Shown in pieces: positions 58,979-64,000 of a stretch of DNA of 64,000 nt (its first letter is position 1; the number at the start of each line of letters is the position of its first letter). The stretch lies in assembly GCA_963785745.1 (NCBI GenBank), contig CAWAWR010000019.1:20662-84661 (forward strand). Reading direction: 5' to 3'. The notes below the pieces were generated by a model. The model made no database searches, had not been told where the DNA came from, and was given only the letters and a program-made list of their open reading frames with translations. Origin of the DNA: an uncultured Alphaproteobacteria bacterium. GTDB lineage: Bacteria; Pseudomonadota; Alphaproteobacteria; Rhizobiales; Xanthobacteraceae. The translations under genes and the position numbers were made by a program.

Positions 58979-59943
58979 ATGCTGAGCAGGCGTTCGATCG
59001 TCGCTGCCGGACTATTGTCGCCCTTTGCGGCGCAAGCCCAAACAGCGCCGCCGGGAATGGTGCGGATCATCAATCCGTTTCCCGCCGGCGGCACCTCTGA
59101 CGCCATGGCGCGGCTGCTGCAGCCCGCCTTGCAACAGAGCTTCGGCGCCACCGTCATCGTGGAGAACCGGCCCGGCGCTTCCGCCTCGATCGGAGCGACC
59201 GCGGTGGCGAAATCGCCACCGGACGGCACGACCTGGCTGCTGACTTCGGAGACATTCCTGGTCTCGACGCTGCTGCTCCCCAATCTGCCGTTCGATGTGC
59301 AGAAGGATTTCGAGCCGGTGACGATGATCGCGCGCGGACCGATGGTGCTGTGCGCGCACCCCTCGCGGCCCTATCGCACGCTGCCCGAGCTGGTCGCCGC
59401 GGCGAAGGCAGCGCCCGACAAGCTGACCTACGGGACCACCGGCCTCGGCAGCAACGGACATCTCACGGTGGCCGCGTTGTGCCAGCTCATGGGAATACGC
59501 TGGTGCATGTCCCCTATCGGGGCGCCGCGCCGCTCTTGAATGACGGCACCGCCGGTCACGTCGACATGGTGATCTCGTCGAGCGCGACGGTCGCGCCGCA
59601 GGTCGAGTCCGGACAATTGCGCGCGCTGATCCAGTTCGGCGAGCAGCGCGCATCGTTCATCCCGGATACGCCGACCGCGGTCGAGCAGGGCATCACCAGC
59701 CTGCGCGCCTATTCATGGTTCGGCTTCTTCGGCCCGGCAGGAACGCCGAAGCCCGTCATCGACCGGTTCTACCGGGATATCGTCGCGGCGGTGCGTGACG
59801 AGAAAACCCACGGGATCTTCATCAACAAGTTCCGGGTCGACGTGCCGCTTCCCACGCCGGAAGAGCTGCGCAAGATGATCGCCGACGGGCTGCCGTTCTG
59901 GGCCAAGATTATCAGCGATAACAACATCAAGGGCGGATCCTGA
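58979..59943 (+). CDS. Bug/TctC-family substrate-binding protein with apparent -1 frameshift near 59490-59500 (A-run aaa to aa)
   Basis: SD gggaggag then ATG 58979; MLSRRSIVAAGLLSPFAAQAQT..; ORFs 58937..59539 and 59350..59943 meet at LMG|NTLVHVPYRGAAP. Confidence 0.7.
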
Positions 59944-60043
59944 ACCCGCTCGAAACGCATCGCTGAGCGCCGCGGCGCGGATAGCGCCGTGGTTGAAACC
60001 CTGATAGAACGGCCCGCCAGAAAATTGCAGAGAACGGAATCAC

Positions 60044-60928
60044 GTGCTCGATCGGACAAAAAGCGGAAACGTCGAAGAGCTTGGCGCCGACAAGCTTTAT
60101 GCCCTCCAGAACCCGATGTTGCTCGACGGCCGGGTCAGCTCCTATCCGGGGAGCGCGCGCGGCTATTCGGTCACCAACTGCTACCTGCTGCGGCAACCCG
60201 ATGCCGCCTGGCTGATCGACACCGGCTTCGGCGGCGATGAGCCGGCGCTGCGCGCGCAGATCGAGTCGCTGATCCCGCGCACGCTGCCGCTCTCGCTCTT
60301 GCCGCTGCGCTTGAACGAGTTCATGTCGATCCAGAACATCGATCCGTTCACGCTCTACTTCAACGTCAAGGAATGCTTCACCGGCAATCCCGACGCTGCG
60401 TTCTGGTTCGACTTCGGCGCCGGCTCGGATTCCGGCAAGAACACGCTCGACCAGCTCAACATCACCACCATCAGCCGCGAGGAAACGATCCCGATCGGCA
60501 ACCTCGGCCGGCCGGTGGTCGTCTATCAGGCGCCGATCCGCCTGATCGCGACGCGCTGGATCTACGACGAAGCGACCAAGACGATGTTCACCTCCGACAT
60601 GTTCACGCACACCTGGCGCGACCGGCCGGACGGCCCCTGGATCATCGAGGACGGCGACGACGATCCGACCGATTTCGATCACGTACGCTCGTTCCTGCTC
60701 AACACCCGCTACTGGTGGCTGGAAGGCGTCGACACCGCGAAACTGCGCAAGGGCATCGACAAGATCCTGTCGAAGCACGACATCGAGACGATCGCGCCCG
60801 GCTACGGCTGCATCCTGCGCGGCAAGAAGACCGTCGAGAAGCACATCACGCTGGTCGACGACGTGCTGAAGTCGCTCGACAAGTCGGTCGCGACATCGCG
60901 CTACGTCGACCGCGACGAGGAAAGATAA
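60044..60928 (+). CDS. MBL-fold-like protein lacking the canonical HxHxDH motif
   Basis: 294 aa; YLLRQPDAAWLIDTGFGGDEP resembles MBL strand 1-2 but no His cluster follows; TAATG overlap with the next gene. Confidence 0.5.
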   Translation: MLDRTKSGNVEELGADKLYALQNPMLLDGRVSSYPGSARGYSVTNCYLLRQPDAAWLIDTGFGGDEPALRAQIESLIPRTLPLSLLPLRLNEFMSIQNIDPFTLYFNVKECFTGNPDAAFWFDFGAGSDSGKNTLDQLNITTISREETIPIGNLGRPVVVYQAPIRLIATRWIYDEATKTMFTSDMFTHTWRDRPDGPWIIEDGDDDPTDFDHVRSFLLNTRYWWLEGVDTAKLRKGIDKILSKHDIETIAPGYGCILRGKKTVEKHITLVDDVLKSLDKSVATSRYVDRDEER

Positions 60929-61785
60929 TGCCAGTCCGTCATCAAGGCACCCTCAACCGCCCCAACCCGCTGCCGCGCGAGGTCGCGCCCGGCATCTTCT
61001 GGCTGGGCGAGTGCCTGGAGCAGCGCCAGCAGGGCAAGATCTATCACGGCTGCAACGCCTGCTTCCTGATCGTCGGCGGCACCGCCTCGATGCTGGTCGA
61101 GACCGGGCACCCGAAGGATTTCCCGATCATCGAGGGGCAACTCAACACGCTCCTCCCCGGCAAGCCGCCGCTGAAATATCTGTTCGTCACCCATCAGGAG
61201 ACGCCGCATTGCGGCGGGCTCGGCCGCGTGCTGTCGCGCTTTCCCGACGCGATCCTCTGCGGCGACGTCAGCGACTACCACCTCGCCTTCCCGCAATACG
61301 AACACCGCATGCGCATGATGAAGGACGGCGACGAGATCGACCTCGGCGGCCGCGGCTTCCGCGCCGTCGAGCCTGTCGTGCGCGACATGCGCACCACCTG
61401 GTGGGGTTTTGAGACGCGCGACCGCGTGCTGTTCCCCGGCGACGGCTTCGCCTACAGCCACTATCACGAGGACGGCCACTGCGGCCTGGTCGCCGAGGAA
61501 GCGGCCTCGCTCGATCTGCAGGACACCACCGCCGTGTTCGCCGACCTGGCGCTGTGGTGGACCAAGTGGGCCGATATGCGGAACTACTGCGAAAGGCTGG
61601 ACCACTTGATGACGACGCTCGACGTCAAGACCGTCTGCCCGACGCACGGGCTGGTCATCACCGACGTCGCCACGACCATGCCGAAGGTGAAGGAAGGCCT
61701 GCTCTACGGCTCGAGCGTCGCCGAGCGCGGCACCAACGACGCGTCATTCGGCAAGAAGCCGGCGGCGGCTGCGGCTACGACCTGA
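60928..61785 (+). CDS. MBL-fold metallo-hydrolase-like protein (variant motif THQETPHCGG)
   Basis: MPVRHQGTLNRPNPLPREVAPGIFWLGE...LFVTHQETPHCGG..; translationally coupled to 60044..60928. Confidence 0.55.
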   Translation: MPVRHQGTLNRPNPLPREVAPGIFWLGECLEQRQQGKIYHGCNACFLIVGGTASMLVETGHPKDFPIIEGQLNTLLPGKPPLKYLFVTHQETPHCGGLGRVLSRFPDAILCGDVSDYHLAFPQYEHRMRMMKDGDEIDLGGRGFRAVEPVVRDMRTTWWGFETRDRVLFPGDGFAYSHYHEDGHCGLVAEEAASLDLQDTTAVFADLALWWTKWADMRNYCERLDHLMTTLDVKTVCPTHGLVITDVATTMPKVKEGLLYGSSVAERGTNDASFGKKPAAAAATT

Positions 61786-62001
61786 TCGGCCCTCGGAAGT
61801 TTCACAGGCAAGACCAGCGGGCACTTGCGGTGGGGGCCGCCGGCTGCGCCGACGGCAATTTGATGCATTGCCGTCACACCTTCCAGAAATTCATCCGCGC
61901 AAGCGGGAAAACCCTTTGAATGTTGTTGCGCACGCGCGACCAAGGCCCCTAGCTAGCAGTCAATCTGAATCGCAGTGCCGGGCTTGATGGAGGTGGCGCA
62001 C

Positions 62002-62232
62002 ATGCGTGTCGCCAAGCGTTCCGCTATTCTCGTCGTTGCCGCAGGCTTGTTTGTCGCAACGAGCGGCACAGCCGCGCTGAGCAACGAGAGCAACTGCCGG
62101 CAACTGGAAGACCTTGCGCGGCAATATGCCGGGGTCAAATTGACCAGCGCACAGCAGCAGATCAAGCGCAGGCTGGTCGCCTGGTACAACGACAATTGCA
62201 AGCGGACGCGAAGCGTCCACGCGCGGCGCTGA
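62002..62232 (+). CDS. small secreted protein (2 Cys), unknown function
   Basis: MRVAKRSAILVVAAGLFVATSGTAALS signal peptide. Confidence 0.35.
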   Translation: MRVAKRSAILVVAAGLFVATSGTAALSNESNCRQLEDLARQYAGVKLTSAQQQIKRRLVAWYNDNCKRTRSVHARR

Positions 62233-62566
62233 CGATCAACGCCCGGCGCGCCCTTACCTCCCCATCAGATGCACGCGATACTCCACGCCGCCTTGATGCG
62301 CGGCTTGGCGCCAAAGCGCTTCCTGTTGGACCAAGAATTGGGCCAGGAAGCCCGGCGCCGGCGAAAGAGCCCTCGCCAAGTCCGCCTTGCGCCAAACCAC
62401 GAACGAACTCGGTGGTTATCGATCAACAAGACGTGAGCGGAAGCCCGGTACTTCAGTCTTTCTTGCGCCTTCCTCCCGCGTGAGGAATTTTCCTGCTTCC
62501 ATTGAACCAGAACGGGTGCTGGCGCGACCAACCGCGTTAGCCCAGTTCCCAAGCCGGAGGTACCCC

Positions 62567-63142
62567 ATGGCCATGGCCAATACAGCGACCAAAACAGCTC
62601 CCGTCAACAACGGCGTCAACGTCGAAGCTCTGATCGGCGCCCGCGAGGCGCTCACCGCAGCCCCCGCGGCCGCGCAATTCAAGTGGCGCGCGGCATGCGA
62701 ATGGAAAAACGGCACCCATAGTCATTCCACCGTCGAAGGCTTCTATGGGCTGGGTGAAGAACAGCACCGCAAGACCACGTTCAAATTCGATGCCGACCAT
62801 CCGGAAGTGTTCGCCTCCGAAGACAAAGGCGCCACCCCGGTCGAGTATGTCCTGGTGGGCCTCGCAAGCTGCCTGACCGCGGGCGTCGCGGCGATCGCGC
62901 AACATCGCAACATTCAACTGCGCAAGGTCACGGCCACCATCGAAGGCAACATGGACCTGCAGGGCATTCTCGGCATCGACAGCGACGTCCGCAACGGATT
63001 CGGCGGCATCAAGGTCACCTACAAGATCGACGCCGATGCGAAACGCGAAGACATCGAGGCCCTCGTCGCGCAATCGCAGAAGCGCTCCGCGGTGTACGAC
63101 ATCGTCACCAATCCGACGAACGTCACCGTCGAGGTGGTTTGA
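62567..63142 (+). CDS. OsmC/Ohr-family peroxiredoxin-like protein
   Basis: SD ggagg; ..PVEYVLVGLASCLTAGVAAIA.. OsmC Cys motif. Confidence 0.75.
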   Translation: MAMANTATKTAPVNNGVNVEALIGAREALTAAPAAAQFKWRAACEWKNGTHSHSTVEGFYGLGEEQHRKTTFKFDADHPEVFASEDKGATPVEYVLVGLASCLTAGVAAIAQHRNIQLRKVTATIEGNMDLQGILGIDSDVRNGFGGIKVTYKIDADAKREDIEALVAQSQKRSAVYDIVTNPTNVTVEVV

Positions 63143-63283
63143 GCATTGCCGACGCGCTCAGCTCTATCCCGCTCGTCCCCGCGAAAGCGGGGACCCAGGA
63201 GCCACCAAGGAAGGTTCTGGATTCCCGCTTACGCGGGAATGAGCGGCGGATAGAACTCAGCCCGCCAACCACGGCCTGAAGGA

Positions 63284-64000
63284 TTGACTGCCATTCGTAC
63301 CGTCACAACAGTCGTGATCGGGGCCGGACACGCCGGTCTCGCCATGAGCCGTTGCCTCGCCGAGCGCTCCATCGACCATGTGGTCCTGGAGCGCGGCGAG
63401 GTCGCGAACACATGGCGCAGCGAGCGCTGGGACTCGCTGCGGCTGCTCACGCCAAACTGGCAAAGCCGCCTGCCCGGCTTCGGCTACAAAGGCGACGATC
63501 CGGACGGTTACAGGACCGTGCCGGAGGTCGTCCGCTTCATCGAAGACTATGCCAAGGCGATCGCGGCCCCGGTGGAAACCAACACAAGGGTGACATCCGT
63601 TCGCAGTACCGGCACAGGCTATCTGGTCCGGACGGAATGCGGCGACTGGCAATGCCGGACCGTCGTGCTGGCGTCGGGCGCGTGCAATCGCCCGCGTCTG
63701 CCTGCGATTGCCGATGTAGTGCCATCATCGGTCACCTACCTGGCCGCGCAGCAATATCGCAATCCCGGTCAATTGGCCGATGGCGGGGTGCTGGTGGTCG
63801 GGGCATCGGCGAGCGGCACCCAGCTCGCCCATGAGATCCAGCGCTCGGGGCGGCAGGTTTATCTGTCGGTGGGCGAGCATATCCGGGCGCCGCGCATGTA
63901 TCGCGGCAAGGACATTCAGTGGTGGATGGATGCCGCCGGCGTGCACGACGAACGCTATGACGCCGTCGATGACATCGCGAGGGCGCGGAAGGTTCCCTCC
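63284..64000 (+). CDS. FAD/NAD(P)-binding flavin-containing monooxygenase-like oxidoreductase (3' end outside window)
   Basis: TTG start after SD gaagga; VVIGAGHAGLAMS dinucleotide-binding motif; second GxGxxG VVGASASGTQLA. Confidence 0.65.
   Translation, partial: MTAIRTVTTVVIGAGHAGLAMSRCLAERSIDHVVLERGEVANTWRSERWDSLRLLTPNWQSRLPGFGYKGDDPDGYRTVPEVVRFIEDYAKAIAAPVETNTRVTSVRSTGTGYLVRTECGDWQCRTVVLASGACNRPRLPAIADVVPSSVTYLAAQQYRNPGQLADGGVLVVGASASGTQLAHEIQRSGRQVYLSVGEHIRAPRMYRGKDIQWWMDAAGVHDERYDAVDDIARARKVPS

Noticed and set aside
62250-62560. Non-coding gap with a minus-strand ORF fragment (..SWPNSWSNRKRFGAKPRIKAAWSIACI)
   Set aside because: No start context or family signal; may be a gene remnant

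Overview
High-GC chromosomal segment that looks alphaproteobacterial (Bradyrhizobium/Rhodopseudomonas-like); the taxon is inferred only from GC content, codon usage and gene families. All CDS calls rest on ORF length, recognisable motifs in the translations and, where stated, an upstream Shine-Dalgarno; no database search or folding program was run. Contents in order. (1) 3' end of a class II aldolase gene, then a complete four-gene Anbu-type operon on the + strand: circularly permuted ATP-grasp (apparently frameshifted), alpha-E, transglutaminase-like, Anbu proteasome-type peptidase. (2) A membrane GGDEF-EAL sensor, a Bug/TctC-family binding protein and an SDR. (3) A decayed tandem array (about 9.2-12.0 kb, minus strand) of at least three paralogous secreted Cys/Trp-rich repeat proteins of unknown function, broken by frameshifts and in-frame stops. 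(4) GNAT, HxlR and GST around a duplicated operator, a small membrane protein and a NupC transporter. (5) An FAH-family gene, four tandem Bug/TctC-family genes, and a LysR / Bug / UbiD-decarboxylase module. (6) usg, then groES-groEL with a CIRCE element; groEL carries an apparent one-base insertion at codon 7. (7) AraC, an outer-membrane beta-barrel protein, an orphan FlgC-like rod protein, and DUF72 flanked by about 45-bp direct repeats. (8) An SPFH gene, two adjacent degenerate tRNA-like sequences, an MFS transporter and a TetR / HlyD / ABC / ABC-2 efflux operon with a perfect palindromic operator. (9) A visibly lower-GC stretch (about 38.6-47.6 kb) carrying unknown secreted proteins, two Tat-signal proteins, an NTF2-like secreted protein, a large DyP-type peroxidase and an AlpA-like HTH gene. 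(10) A serine hydrolase, DUF4189, LysR, Bug and a methyltransferase, then a CoxD/CoxE/XdhC/MocA-type molybdoenzyme maturation operon with no structural genes in the window. (11) An esterase, a frameshifted Bug gene, two translationally coupled MBL-fold genes, OsmC and a partial flavin monooxygenase. Eight Bug/TctC paralogues lie in the window. Three apparent frameshifts (ATP-grasp, groEL, last Bug) are single-A homopolymer indels, so assembly error cannot be separated from genuine pseudogenisation here; the secreted-paralogue array also carries two in-frame TAG stops, which favour real decay there.
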